From assembly GCF_018977255.1 (NCBI RefSeq), contig NW_024704743.1:79734001-79798000 (forward strand): 64,000 bases of DNA, given 5' to 3'. The stretch is from Callorhinchus milii. Taxonomy: Eukaryota. Positions 1 through 12,753 of the stretch are shown in pieces. Positions within the stretch are counted from its first letter, which is position 1. Each line of letters begins with the position of its first letter. Below the pieces are notes generated by a model. It was not told the origin of the DNA. It was given only the letters and a program-made list of their open reading frames with translations, and ran no database searches. Both the position numbers and the translations under genes were made by a program.

Positions 1-375
1 GTCAATCTGAGACTGACAGGTGGCAGATTCAGTATTAAGTGAGCCTGGGAGTTTAACTTGTAAACTCCTTGTCAGGTCCAGGGTCAGGGCTCTGAGGATT
101 AATGCCAAGGTCAGTCCAAGAGATGATTGGGTAAAACAAAGTATTCTAAGTGCAACTTATTTTAGATTCTTACTCCCTCCACAGACACACTTGGCGGCCC
201 GTGTAGTGCTGAGCCGCCCACGGTAGGAAAGACCAAGCATTATGCACAATCTAAACTGGTCTCAGTTTGGCTACAAGCTGAGACCACTAATTGCTAAAGT
301 TGTCCCTGGGCTAGGAAAGCATACAGTTAGCCAGAGGTCTCACTGCCTGGTGCTCAATTTTCTCTATTGGAAGGT

Positions 376-866
376 GGCACAGCAGCCAATTTGCACACAG
401 CAATGAACCACAAACAATCATGTGGTGAATGATTAATTTATCTGGAGCATTCTTTGTCAGAATCTCCCTTCCTCAACTCAAAAGTCAGATGGGGCTTCAG
501 ATTAACAGTTCATCTGAAGAATCGTGCTGCCAAGTAACAACAACAACTTCACACAGGGTAGCGACTAAGAGCACTTAACAGTGGCGGAGTATGATATCGA
601 ATCAGGGAGAACAGGGAGGTGACTGTAGGCATGGTCGAAGGGGAAGGTCTTCAGGTACGATCTGACGACAGGCATGGCAGAGGGATTGAGGCAGAGAGTT
701 CCATAGAGAGTTCCATAGTTTCGGGGCGTAGTGGCTGAAAATAGATCTGCTAATGGTGGAGCACTCCTCCGAACCTATTGTTCGAACTTAAATTCTAATA
801 TGGTGCTTGAACCTACAACCTCTGACCCAGAGGTGAGAATGCTACAAACTGAGTGAGGCAGACACC
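376..866 (-). mobile_element. Old Deu-domain tRNA-SINE (SacSINE1-like), interrupted by an L2 3' fragment
   Basis: The minus strand reads GGTGTCTGCCTCACTCAGTTTGTAGCATTCTCACCTCTGGGTCAGAGGTTGTAGGTTCAAG (head), followed by the body shared with the copy at 8592. Confidence 0.7.
535..762 (-). mobile_element. L2 LINE 3' fragment (tail type B)
   Basis: (AAC)n tail followed by CACACAGGGTAGCGACTAAGAGCACTTAACAGTGGCGGAG, matching the copies at 51353 and 52871. Confidence 0.75.
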
Positions 867-1389
867 TAAGTGGAAAAATTGAGTGTTTTATAATAGATTC
901 TTAATCCACTGAATAACTCAAGGAATCTGTTATGAAAAATTGCATTTTCCACCTCAGAACCTTGACTCTTAAAAGTTCCAATGCCCCAGATATAATAACG
1001 TTATCTTTTTTGAGTGCCTCATGGTTTCTTTCTCCCTTAAAACTGTACCTGCTTTACTTCTAGCCGACACCTGAAATGGGTCTTTGCGAATGTTCAATGG
1101 TGAATTTCATAAAGTCGCGAACGCAAAAATATTCAGAACCAAAACAAAGTTATCAAATTTGTGGGGTAAAGTAAAATGCTTGTTGACCTACAAAGTACAC
1201 AGTGACCACACTTCACAGTAAATCCTGCAGAGCACTTTGAGACATTCTTCCGACGTGAATATCAAAGTCCCAGGATTATTTTATTTTTTATTTTTAATAT
1301 GGAGCTGAGGTAGTAAAAGGAGACATCAGGGGTTGGAATGATTTACCAGAGTGGCTGTCAGAGCAGAGTCAAATGGGGGAATTTAAAAA

Positions 1390-1552
1390 TCAATCGGACA
1401 ATTGCACATGCAGAGGAAGGATATTGGAGAGTATGGGGGAAAGAACAGGGAATTGGGATCAGGATGTATGGCTTCTTGAGGAGCAAACACCAACACAAAA
1501 TAATATGCCAAATGGCTTCCTACTATGCTGTGGATATCTGTGGTTCTATAGA
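1390..1552 (+). mobile_element. Degenerate CR1-type LINE 3' end
   Basis: GGAGAGTATGGGGGAAAG...CAAATGGCTTCCTACTATGCTG...GGTTCTAT resembles a CR1 3' UTR. Confidence 0.5.
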
Positions 1553-2094
1553 TTTGCTGCTATGGACCGTGAAGGTATAATAACACAATGTTTGGTGAGT
1601 GTTTCCATGTGGAAATGGAAAAGTGCTATGGTTCAGCGCCAAATCCTAATTAGTCTGGCTGGTGCTAAGGCAGCCATATGCCAATTTGCTTCAATTTAGT
1701 CCAGTTCTGATATGCAATCACTTCATGGAATATTCATATTCCAGCATCACTTCAAGCACTGGCTCTGAAACATTGCCCAAGGGTCTGGGAGCTGTGGAAA
1801 CTGCCCCAGATTTATTAATGGGGGTAGATTCCACAGCAGCTGTGACAACAGAAGAACAACTGCAGTTGTTTTTAGTCACGGATCGCATACCTCATCATGT
1901 CTCTTCCCAATGGCTTAGGAACGTCTGGACAGCCCAATGAGTGAAAAGGCGTATCACTGGCAAGTACAGAACTGTTCAACATGCCAGGAGCAAGAAACAA
2001 TGTCTGAATTCATTGATCATTCTTCAACCAGGTAAGTCACAACTCTTGGAAGTGCCTGTGAAACGCACAGCTTCAGGATGGGGTCTCCGGGTCT

Positions 2095-2528
2095 CTAGGC
2101 TTGAAATTCCATCCTGTCCTAGCGTACGAAACCATCTTATCATAAAATTGGATCATGTAAAATTGTGGAAAATTATCAAATTCAGTCTTAAAATAATAAT
2201 AATCCTTGCATTTGACACAGAACATTTCACATTGAGAGTATTGATATAGGATTTACTGTGGTCTAGCAACTATATATTTTGTGGAGGAAACTTTCTAAAA
2301 TTCTGTACAATACCATTTGTAACATTTACATTTATAACATGCCTTTCATGTCAGGAAGACATCACAACAGAAATGCTACTAATCTTAATTGTCAAACTGT
2401 TTTTCTGCAGTTCTAATTAAGGTTTCCTAATTAAGACTGAAATTAAGAATATTCTGCAATTCTGTGCGATCTTTAAGGATAATACAAGGTTATCATGCAG
2501 GTGAAATTTAGGTGGAATTTCAGTCCTT
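2095..2528. mobile_element. Foldback MITE-like element, split by SINE-tail insertions
   Basis: Ends GGCTTGAAATTCCATC / GGTGGAATTTCAGTCC and inner motifs AAATTCAGTCTTAA / TTAAGACTGAAATT are mutually inverted. Homologous to the copies at 9960 and 36564. Confidence 0.6.
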
Positions 2529-2574
2529 CTGAAGGGAAGTAAGTACTTAATACACTACTTCAGAACAAGTATAA

Positions 2575-2820
2575 ACCATGTCCTGTCGTTAAGATGGATG
2601 TTAACAATCCCATAGCACTATACGAAAAGAGAAGGGAGTTTCTCCCGGTGTCCTGGCCAAACAATCCCCCAAATAAAACTGATCGTTCACTTCACAGTTG
2701 TTTGTGGGATCGCTGTGTGCAAATTTGCTGCTGCAATTACCAACAAAATATATTGTCACTGCACTTCACAGTATATCTTGTGAATGCTTTGAAACATCCT
2801 CCCAACGTGAAAGTCCTGTA
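2575..2820 (+). mobile_element. Deu-domain SINE, 5'-truncated
   Basis: GATGTTAACAATCCCATAGCACTA...GGGAGTTTCTCCCGGTGTCCTGGCCAA is the Deu-domain core. Confidence 0.75.
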
Positions 2821-4284
2821 TCATGCAGCACTTTCCAAGTGGCAGTTCAAGGACTGAGAGATCAGTGATAATAATGAAATTAATAACTTGATATAGGATG
2901 TCAGGAGGATGTCGCAAAGTGCTTCACAAGTACCTGCATTCACGTCTTTGCCCATTCACATTCCAGTACTGTTAATGAAGACAGAGGACAGAAAGATGTA
3001 TAGAGAACATAATAGCTACTGTGCGATTCACGCAAGCTGAAAACACTCACTTCAGCAATACAGGGGATCACAGTAGAAAATATTCTGGGAAAACTCTCTG
3101 GCTAGTAAATTGGCCTCCAAAGGCAAAGAGCAGGTTCTGAAGGACAGCATTTCCTTTGGAGATTTGGAAGATTGATAAAGGTACATTTTAAAGCCTCACA
3201 CACTCACACGCAGGCACAAATGCAGATGCAAGACCAAAGTCCAAGGACAAGCACTGACTCGGTATCTAAGCCTTTTAACTAAACTCAGATATTTGGCTTT
3301 GATCCCCCGCCGAGTGTGAATTAGCTAAGTCATCAGTTAACAAATTCTGGCATGGGCTACATATTCATGACATCCAGGTGCTCAGTTTCTTTCTGCTCCT
3401 GACGTCCCAAGTCTCAGGGAATCAGATGAGTTACACTCATCGACACCAGTAATACATGCTGGTGTCGGGCAAAAACAAGCAGAATTGCTACTGAGAGCGA
3501 AGGTCCCTTCAAGGTCAAGCATCTGTTTTTTTTAAGATACGTAGTTATTATCTGTTGAACATTTGGGAAACAAGAATTAAACGACTCACCAAACACGTGA
3601 TTTTTCGTAAAATCTCCTTTTAATTGCTGTTTTCCAAATAAAGAAAAAGAACATTAAAACTTTGCTTTAAATCGCCTTGAAACTGCACTTTATCTTTTGT
3701 AATACTAAATTTTACAATGTTAAAGTTATATTTAAAATCTCTGAAGAGGATAAAATTACAGAGAATAACTTTTCTCTGTATCTGTACAATGTTGGAGATG
3801 AGAATTAAATTCAGTCTCAAACTCTTTTTAAAATGGAAGCCTCTTGTAGCGTCCTTCAAGAAGAGATCGCATTGCCTGGTTTTATCACATCACTGGTGCC
3901 CTTTGAAGACACACAATGACAAATAACAGCATGCATTTATATAGCGTCCTTCATGTGGGTAGCGTCCGGGAGAGGTTCACACAAACTAAAAGCACGGTAA
4001 CCCTGGCCTCTGATGCTAAAGTTCCAGTTTCCCCAGCTAGAAAATAGCTGATATCCAGTCATCAGGTTGGCGCTGATGTCACTTCTAGTATTTTATGTAA
4101 TTTGCGGGATGGAAATGTTACTGATGTCACTTAACGCGAGTTGGCTATGCACCCTATAGGCAGGAAGTGAGGCTAATATCACTTTCTACGCAGCATGGAT
4201 ACACAGTGATTTTTTTCTCTTCCCTTTCCCAGGTATGCTGACACCAAAAACCAATACAAATATACTACTGGCTGTAGTACCAAA

Positions 4285-4455
4285 TCAGATGAGTTCAGAT
4301 ATCATACTCAAGCTATACAGTTGTCAAGTCAGATTTCACCTGGAACACTTCAGTAAAGTTCTGATCTAGGTAACATAAGGGGACAGCCCAGGTCCTAGAA
4401 GGAGAGGAGAGCAACAAAAATGATTCCCAATGTTGGAGGAATGAGCTATGAGTTC
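4285..4455 (+). mobile_element. Very degenerate CR1 ORF2 C-terminal fragment
   Basis: Translates to ILKLYSCQVRFHLEH...RRATKMIPNVGGMSYE, a CR1 post-RT motif. Confidence 0.5.
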
Positions 4456-4777
4456 TTCAGTGAGTGTTCTAGAAGGATGAGATCAGATGGGCCTTCTTTA
4501 TCTACATCAATTATTTGTCCTTGTGAATTGTAGCAATCCAATAGCTGCTATGGTTGTGATCAACAACTCGGCAGAGACTGGAGAATCAGCCTGCAACCTT
4601 CTCTTTCTGTAAATTCAGTTCCACAGATGGTTTTCTTTACCGGGTGAGGAATAAGGTTCAAAAGAGTACATAGGGTTGTATCTAACTTTCCTTTTCTAGT
4701 ATTACATTGACATCTTGCATTTCAGTTGAGGCTAAAACTCCTCCAATCCATTCCCTGGATTATCCACTCTCTACATG

Positions 4778-5775
4778 ATGGCGGGATGTGACATGTGGTG
4801 TCCCCCAGGGGTTGTATTGGGACCTCAGCTATTCGCCATATATATAAATGACTTGGATGAAGGAATAGAGAGTTTTATATCCAAGTTTGCAGGTGACACT
4901 AAGCTGGGAGGCTTAGTAAGTTGTGTAGATGGGTGGAAGTTACAAAGGGTCTTAGACAAATTAAGTGAGTGGGCAAAGCTGTTGGTAGACAGAGTTCAAT
5001 GTAGGGAAGTGCAAGGTCATCACTATGGACTGAAAAAAGATAAAGCAGAATATTTTCTTAATGGGGAGAAATTAAGAACTATGGAGGAGCAAAGAGATTT
5101 GGGTGTCCATATCCACAAGTCAATAAAAATTAGTTCCCGGTTGCAAAAAGTAATCAAAAAGGCGAATGGAATGTTGGCCTTTATCTCAAGGGACCTGGAA
5201 TGCAAAGAGGAAGAAATGATGCTTCAGCTGTGTAGAGCGTTAGTCAGACCCCATCTGGAGAACTGCGTTCAGTTTTGGGCACCACACCTCAAGAAAGATA
5301 TATTGGCCCTGGAGAGAGTGCAGCGGACGTTCACCAGAATGTTACCAGGCCTAAAAGGGTTAAGGTATGAGGAAAGGCTGCGTAAACTTGGATTGTATGC
5401 CTCTGAGTTTAGAAGGTTGGGGGGGGGTGGGGTGATTTGATTGAGGTATTTAAGATGATAAAGGGATTCGATAGGGTAGATACAGAGAAGCTATTTCCTC
5501 TGGTGGGGAATCCAAAACAAGGAGGCATAGTCTTAAAATTAGGACCAGGGCATTTAAGAGTGAAATCCAGAAGCCTTTTTTCAAAGGGTGGTAGAAATCT
5601 GGAATTCTCTCCTCCATCCACACCTTCAAGAGTGAGGTTGATAGATTTTTGGTAGGTCAGGGTATTAAGGGATATGGAGAGAAATTGGAATTCAAAGGAT
5701 TAGTTGAGGTACAGATCAGCCATGATCTAATTAAATGGCGGAACAGGCTCGAAGGGCTGAATGGCCTCCTCCTGT
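4778..5775 (+). mobile_element. CR1 LINE, 5'-truncated, frameshifted RT/ORF2 C-terminus plus 3' UTR
   Basis: VLGPQLFAIYINDLDEG..SKFAGDTKLGG..ALVRPHLENCVQFWAPHLKKDILALERVQR is typical CR1 ORF2, with the catalytic FADD changed to FAGD. Frameshifts occur near 4.80, 4.98-5.02 and 5.42 kb. The 3' UTR reads GATCAGCCATGATCT...GGCTGAATGGCCTCCTCCTGT. Confidence 0.92.
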
Positions 5776-5839
5776 AAGGTGGGATAGTGACCTACTCCCA
5801 GAACTCCATTGAGGCCTCCACATACTAACCTCAACAAGA

Positions 5840-6010
5840 AGGAGGAGGGGGCAGCAGAACTCCCAGATGAAGTTCCAAAGAGTGGGGAGAGTAGGGAAAG
5901 AATGGCTGAAAGGGAAAGGAGCGGCTGAGATGGTAGGGTAGTAGGAGGGCACAGGGGCAGGGTGGGGTGTGGCTGTGCTGGGATTTTAACACAAGGATGA
6001 GGAAGTACCT
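5840..6010 (-). mobile_element. Old L2 3' fragment
   Basis: Minus-strand translation ...LILVLKS...FSHSFPTLPTLWN resembles the L2 ORF2 C-terminus. Confidence 0.5.
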
Positions 6011-7094
6011 GTACACAAATTATCTGCCGAGTTCACCTACAAAGTACATAGTTACAACAATATATCCCGTGAAGCGCTTTGAGACATCCTCCAGACTTGA
6101 AAGGGACTATATCAAATGCAACGACTATTACAGGGTTCTTATTATACGATGCTAGAACAACATTTAAAGAAATAGAACTTGGGTATAGGAAATAAAGAAC
6201 TTGAATTACAGTGCTTCAAAAATGATTCAAAGTGGTTCACAAGTAATTACAATATTGTCGAGTGTAGTGACTGTTTTTGTGGGGCAAAAGCACCCTTTAT
6301 GAGAATGAGTAATTATTCCGGAGGACTATTTGGCATATTCCGTGGAGTCTGATCAATCTGTGGAGTCACACAGAGAAGGCCCTTAAAACTGCAGGAGGGG
6401 GAGGACATCAGTCACATCAACAACCTTGCTCAGTGATGAAGGTTTGCCCAAGGTGTGGCCGAGGTGACGGCAAGCAATCAATCAAACAAGAGCAAATTCC
6501 TAGGAGAGAGAAAAAACACTGTCCTAAAGGAGATAAATGTCGCCTCGGGGTAAATCAAACCTCATCACATTCATTCAGCGTTCAACAGAGGATTAGGCAC
6601 GTCATTAAACACAATCCTAATGAAGACAAAGCAAACCTTTTAATTTAGCCCATTTGTTTTTCCTCCTTTGTCAATGAGCAGTAATATTGTTTATAGTCTA
6701 CAAATAATTTAACTGGCATTCGTTTAGCTCAACTTGTAAGACAGCTGCTTTCTATTGCAGAAGCAATTGCAAATGCCAACCTCCCACTTCTCTCCCCTTC
6801 CCAACAACATTCAGCCATAAATTACACTCTTCATTATCTGCACAGGACTGGAGCCTGTGGACAGAGTGAAGCAGCTGGTGTGGCACTGGGAGCAATTCAT
6901 CAAGGTTTGGCACTTGCAGGCTCCAGTATCATGTGTCATGCATCACTTCAGGCTTATCAAACACGGACTAAATTCAGCACCAGCCACTGGTGGTAAATCA
7001 CTGCGATTGAAGAATTCAGGGGCCAGGAATAGTTACCAGTACTGGGAAAGTACTGAGAAAAGATTCATTGAATTAAGTAGCAAGCTTTAATGTA

Positions 7095-7355
7095 ATAATA
7101 GTATTCCTTACATGATATAGCACCCAAAATGTCAAGACGTCTCAAAGTTTTTTGCAAAGTGGAGTGACTCCGTATCTTGCAGGTGAACAATTGTGCACAG
7201 CAATATTCCACAAACAGTCATGAAATGAATGATCAATGTTATCTGGGGGATTGTTGATGTGGATGCTACAAGCAATTCCTTTCTCCAGTTAAAAAAATAA
7301 TGTCCATCTGAACAGACAGAAAGGACCTCAGTTTAACGTTTTAATTGAATGATGG
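7095..7355 (-). mobile_element. Deu-domain SINE fragment
   Basis: Reverse complement of the SINE tail and Deu core. Confidence 0.6.
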
Positions 7356-7560
7356 CCACAGACTCAACCATTGTAATTAAGATGTGGGGTGGGGGGGGAT
7401 TATACCATTAGCCATAATTAGATAGGGCGTAATTTTCAGAAGCGCGATAATTAAAGCCAGTGACAATTAGCACATCAAGCATTGGAATTTTCACCCTCCT
7501 GAAGTATAAATGCTCCACATAGGCAGAACTGTACTTCCAATTCCAAAGCCCAGGGAAATG

Positions 7561-7907
7561 AATAATAATCCTTGCATTTGATATAGTGCCTTATCACGTC
7601 TTTGAGACATCTCAAAGCACTTCACAGAATATACTGTGAAGTTAATGTTTTGTGGGCGAAACACGGCAGTGTCCGACAAACAGTCATGGATTGAAGTGAC
7701 CAATTTATTATTATTTTATTTTGAAGGAATTATTACCCCCAGAAAAGCGATCCGCCAATCGACTAACAACCGGGTTCCTACTTACTAATCGGTAAACAGA
7801 GGCGTGTGGAGCAAGGAAACTTGCCCAATGTTTCGCCTGCCAGGAATCAAACCCAGGCCTCTCGCTTGTGAGGCAAGTGCTCTAAACACTGAGCTACAGG
7901 ACTCCAC
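7561..7907 (-). mobile_element. tRNA-headed (TTA)n SINE, long subfamily (anticodon-like loop CTCACAA)
   Basis: Head GTGGAGTCCTGTAGCTCAGTG with A/B boxes, a ~55-bp segment (TGTTTACC..GTAAGTAGGAACCC..GGCGGATCGC) and the tail AAATGCAAGGATTATTATT. Confidence 0.9.
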
Positions 7908-8591
7908 AAGGTGATTGAGTTGGGAACACACTTTCAAGTGGAACTCATCAAAATAACCAATAACATATGCAGTGCTTTTCATGTTAAAAATTAACATCTC
8001 AAAACGCTTTACAAACTATAATTTGATAGATGTAAATGTTGTTTGATTGGGACTGATGTGCAACAACAACAATGTGCATTTATCTAGTGCCCTTCACGTG
8101 GTGTAGTGTCTCAGAACAACAATAGGGGCAGAGTGGAGACGACTTTGAACACTGCTCCTTTATTGAAACCCATATCTTGTGAAATACTTTGAGATGAACT
8201 CGTGACATGAAAGGTGCTGTATGTAAGGAGTGTTAATATTGTATATTTACATGGTGCCTGGCGCAGTGAAAGAAGTATCATTCAGTTCTGAAAGCACAGG
8301 CACGTAGGAAATATAGTGATCTGGAGTTCAAATGTGTGAGCATCTGGATCACAAAACTATCTTGATTGACATTCTTCTAGTCTTCAAAATAAGTGGGTGC
8401 AAGGAAGAAGAGCTTGAATTGACTCTTTTGGATGAACTTTATCTTCAGTCTGTGCAGGGATCATTGAAAACTGTGACACTGGATATGATAATTATCATCA
8501 GTGACAATTATCGTATCATCAATAACTAAAGACTGGCTCCAAGTGTGAATCCCTTGTCCTGAATGTCGGTACCAAAGATGGGTAATTTATT

Positions 8592-8990
8592 GGTGTCAGC
8601 TCGGCTCAGTTGGTAGCACTCTTGCCTCTGAGGCAGAAAGTTGCGGTTTCAAATCCCACATAGGAAATTTGAACTGAGAGTCTAGGATGCAATAGAGTCC
8701 TGAGGGAGCACTGCATTATCAGAGGTGCTGTCCTTTGGATAAGAAGTTAAACCGACGTCCTGTCTGCCTGTTCAGGTAGACGTTAAAGATCCCATGGCAC
8801 TATTCAAAAAGCAAGGAGAGTTTCTCCTGGTGTCCTGACCAACAATCCCACAAATAAAATTGGTCATTTGTTTCATGAGTGATTGTCGGATATTGCTGTG
8901 CGCAAATTGACTGCAACATTCCCATACAATACAGTCACTATACAGAAAATATTGTGAAGCACTTTGGGGCATCCTCCTGACATGAAAGGT
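8592..8990 (+). mobile_element. Near full-length Deu-domain tRNA-SINE (SacSINE1/DeuSINE superfamily)
   Basis: tRNA-like head GGTGTCAGCTCGGCTCAGTTGGTAGCACTCTTGCCTCTGAG..TTCAAATCC; Deu core GGTGCTGTCCTTTGGATAAG..GTTAAACCG..GTTAAAGATCCCATGGCACTATTC..TCTCCTGGTGTCCTG; L2-like tail. It is joined tail-to-tail to a minus-strand SINE tail at about 8993-9090. Confidence 0.85.
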
Positions 8991-9959
8991 AAGAATAATA
9001 ATCCTTGCATTTTATATAGTGCCTTATCACATCTTCCAGTCTCAAAGCGCTTCACAGAATATATTGTAAAGTGTAGTGACTGTGTGCGCAATATTAAATG
9101 TAATTATTATTTTTATAGCCTTTGGTGACCATCATTGGTTTGTGAGGCACAGCATTTGAGTACCATTTCAATTTAATTGAATCTGAGTTTTCATTTTCAT
9201 TGGAAACATGAAATATTCCTTTATGGGTGTGACTTGCACACATGAAAGGACAATGCCTCCCTTTGTTTTTATTGTTTCTGGTGCTAAAATACATATCTTA
9301 TTGATGAAAGCCAAGCCGCAGGGCAATAAAATCATTAACTGTATTCCCAAAGTCTGTTGAAGACATCGGCTTCATTGAAAATACAGTTTAACAGCAGTGA
9401 CAGGAACTTCTTGAATGGAATTGACTCAAACTGCATAGAAGGTGGGGTCAGGTGCAGTAGTAACAAGGATAAATGTGTTATGGTCAGTGCTTCAGTTGGA
9501 TCAGTTGTGCAATTGCAGCAATTCTTATACAACTCTTATTCACAAGGTTAAAGAAATAGTTCTATCCACTATTTTAAAAAATGAGAAAATTCTACCCAAT
9601 AAACAAGAAATCTGAGTATTACTGCTTTAATAACAATAACAAAAATAGTACCAATCCTTGCATTTAATATTCTGCTTTATCACACTGTTGAAACATCACA
9701 AAGAGCTTCACATGAATTTACTGTAAAATGTAGTAACTGTGTATTTGTAGGCAAATTACTTTTGAACAACTCCACACTGTTATGTCAAGGAAAATGTAAT
9801 CAAAAGAGGGAGGTGGAATGCAAATCCTTTAAACAGGTACTTATTCCTGGAAAAAAATGCACATGCTTATTTTTGACAAAAATATAAAAAATTCAACAGA
9901 TAATCTAACTTAATCCAGGTCACTAGTGCGTCCATATTTGAAATACACTGTTCAGTTTT

Positions 9960-10639
9960 GCCCCAAATTCCACATAGTCTTCACCTGTAAGACCATTTTA
10001 TCTTAAAATTTAAGATTGTAAAATGCCAAGTAGGTCCACAGTATTCCAGGGATAACAAACCAGCCAGCCTGATTCATTGACAGAACTGGATGGCAAACTG
10101 GGAGCAGGGATACTTCCCACTCAACTTCTGCTAACCCTGCAAACCAAAGCACTAATGTGTAGGGTGGTCCTAGCTGGACAAGCAGCAGGGTCCTTGCCAG
10201 ACAGTGCTCTCAATTGAAAGCTTTGCAGTTTTTACTGGTTAAACTCCAGTAGTACCTCAGTGCAGTTCTCTGGGATCCCAAAACCTTGGCTTTTGCCAAC
10301 CTCTGCCTAATACTCTCGGGATTTAGTTAAGTAACGTTTGCCCTTCCAGGGAGAGTGCACACATTCCATACATATGTCAAAGATATGTGGAACTCTTGGT
10401 CAGGTTTGGATACTCTTAAACAAGGTGATGGTTTTCCCCATGTGTCAGTCACTCCGCTGACCAAACAAATCATGCTGAATTGTTGGAAATTCTTAAAATC
10501 AGTCTTAAAATCAGTCAGACGCCATTTTTCCATAGCTCTTAACAAGAACCAGATTCTAAATTATGACTGAACTTAAGAATTTTAAACAAAGTTCAAGATA
10601 AAATGGTCTTGCAGGCTAAGCCTGAGTGGAATTTTGAGC
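9960..10639. mobile_element. Foldback MITE with ~52-bp imperfect TIRs, carrying a nested unclassified repeat
   Basis: Left end GCCCCAAATTCCACATAGTCTTCACCTGTAAGACCATTTTATCTTAAAATTT; reverse complement of the right end GCTCAAAATTCCACTCAGGCTTAGCCTGCAAGACCATTTTATCTTGAACTTT. Confidence 0.7.
10030..10470 (-). repeat. Unclassified interspersed repeat, copy 1
   Basis: The reverse complement aligns by eye with 35245-35600 and 58710-58966 (TTTGGTCAG..CTGACACATG..AAAACCATCACC..GCACTCTC..GAGAGTATT). Confidence 0.7.
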
Positions 10640-11030
10640 ATCCTGCCTTCAAAGAGACATTTGAGTGTTGGGGAGGGTTCAAGAGAAGAGCAACAAGGAT
10701 ATTTCCAGGTCTAAGGCTCTAAGTTATAAGAACAGGTTCACAGAGTTTCATTAGAAAAAGAAAGATTGAGTCTGACATGATCCATACCTTTAAAATGTAG
10801 AGGGACACTAATACAATAATTGTAAGCAGCCTATTGTTTTACAATGTAAGTACAGATCTAAAGGGCACAGGCTTTAAATTAAAAAGCCTCAAACAGGACA
10901 AAAGATTAGAAGATATTTTTCTGCACAATTGTGGATACGTAGTACAGACTCCCAACAAAAGCAATTGATTATTAATTAACTCTTTCAAAAAAGAATTTGT
11001 TAAGTGTCTGCTTGAGAACAGGAGGATATA
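10640..11030 (+). mobile_element. Degenerate CR1 3' region
   Basis: GGGTTCAAGAGAAGAGCAACAAGGATATTTCCAGGTCTAAGG (RVQ.RATRIFPGL-like), followed by CR1-like 3' sequence. Confidence 0.6.
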
Positions 11031-11289
11031 TTGGAGGACCTTGTGGTAGGTGCAGATTAGAAGATAAAATACTCTATGGGACTCTGTGCTGCTGTAACTA
11101 AGAAGGCAGATTTAAATAAATGGAAGTGTGGACATTTCTTGAATGACTTTGAGGTTCGGGAGTGTCTATGAAAACTTTTATCCAAAGGATAAAGTGAGTG
11201 AAGTGAAGTCCATTATAGTGTAGATTGTTATAAGTTGTGCCTTTCTATCTGGATCACTGATCAGTTATAATAATTTCTCGATATCTAAT

Positions 11290-11580
11290 CTATCAAAACT
11301 CATAATTTTATAGCCCTATAAGCCTAATAACCTTCTTTATGTTCCAATAAAAATAGGCCATGTTCCCATTGTCTGCTCATAGGTCAAACCAGTCATCCCT
11401 AGTATCATCCTAGTAAATCACCTCCGCAGCCTTTCTTTGGCGCTGACAATGGGGTGATGATTTATACAGGTTAAGCATCTCTTTGGTTTTATATTCTATG
11501 CCCTATTTATGGAGCCTAGGATCCTTTTAGCGTTCTTCACAACTTTGTTCACCTGCCTTGCCACCATTAAAGATTTATTC
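11290..11580 (-). mobile_element. Degenerate CR1-clade LINE fragment
   Basis: The reverse complement resembles the CR1 ORF2 segment VNKVVKNAKRILGSINRA..R.FTRMILG. Confidence 0.5.
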
Positions 11581-12380
11581 TACTATAAAAATGCAAGCTC
11601 TTGAATGAATTGAAATGAATTGAATTATAAATGAATTCAGGTAAGTAGGATAATATTAAAAACCATTATGTTACAATTGCAGTTACAATTTGATAGTTCT
11701 CCCTCAAAACTATAAGAATAATAATCCTTGCATTTGATATATTGTCTTTCACATCAGGAGGATGTCTCAAAGCACTTCACAGAAGTTACTGTACAGTCTA
11801 GTGACTGTATTTTGTAGGCGAATGCAGCAGCCAATTTTCACACAGAAATATTCCCCACACAGCCATGAAGTGAATGACCAATTTTGTTTGGGGAAATACT
11901 GGCATTTTTATTTACTCTTTCCCTCAGTTATTTTTTTGTATTTTGTCAGCAGAAACAACTGTATTATGTCTCACGTTGATTGTTCCCTTATTGTTGAGAC
12001 TGAGATCATTTTTATATTAAAGAGATGCTAAATACTGAATTTAAGGATGCAAGAAAGAAACTTATGTTTTAATAGCACCTGCTCAAGTTGAAACATCTCA
12101 GAGAACTTCACAAGTAATTACTGTCAAGTGCAGTGGTGTTTTGGGTAAGCAAACTTGACTTTTTCTGCGAAAACACAAGCCATCCAAACCTAAGTGCCTT
12201 GAGCATTACACTGTCTTTGAATTGTTTAATCCAAGAAGCTATTCTTTATATTAGAGATTTAAAGTTTAAAATTTTAGTTATAGGTATGATCTATGATAAA
12301 AATGCTTATGTAAAGTGTTTAAATAAAAAGTATGGACAGGGGTAAATTAATATTATTACCTCAAAAGCACTGTATTGGCT

Positions 12381-12700
12381 TAATAATAATAATAATCCTT
12401 GCATTTGATGTAGCGCTTTTCACATCGGGAGGACGTCCCAAAGCGCTTCACAGAACACACTGTAAGGTGAATTGACTGTATATTTGTGGGCAAACGCGGC
12501 AGCCAATTGCGCACAGCAATGTCCCACAAACAGTCGTAGATTGAAAATGACCAATTTATTATTGTTTTTGGTTTTGGAGGGATTATTATTAGGCTCTGTG
12601 TGGAGTAAGGAAACTTGCCCAAGGTTTCGCCCTCTGCCTGGAATTGAACTCAGGTCTCTCACTTGCAAAGCGAGTGCTCTAACCACTGGGCAAAAGGACT
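12381..12700 (-). mobile_element. Young tRNA-headed (TTA)n SINE, short subfamily (loop TTTGCAA)
   Basis: Near-identical to the copies at 25221, 33540 and 53279. Confidence 0.93.
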
Positions 12701-12753
12701 TTGAAGATTTCAAAGCAGTCACAATTATTGAAAAATTCTAAAATTCAGTCTTT

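Noticed and set aside
4233..4370. Exon after a strong polypyrimidine acceptor
   Set aside because: All frames stop and most of the segment is a CR1 remnant; it is not supportable as coding.
4775..5655. Functional reverse transcriptase gene
   Set aside because: It is a 5'-truncated, frameshifted CR1 with the catalytic DD motif altered.
9335..9432. Possible minus-strand terminal exon FESIPFKKFLSLLLNCIFNEADVFNRLWEYS*
   Set aside because: An acceptor-like site is present, but I recognise no homology and found no linked exons.
12380..12622. Repeated small ORF MGKFPYST..IIIPPKPKTIINWSFSI (4 copies)
   Set aside because: It is a chance reading frame of the SINE; the similarity is DNA-level repeat identity.
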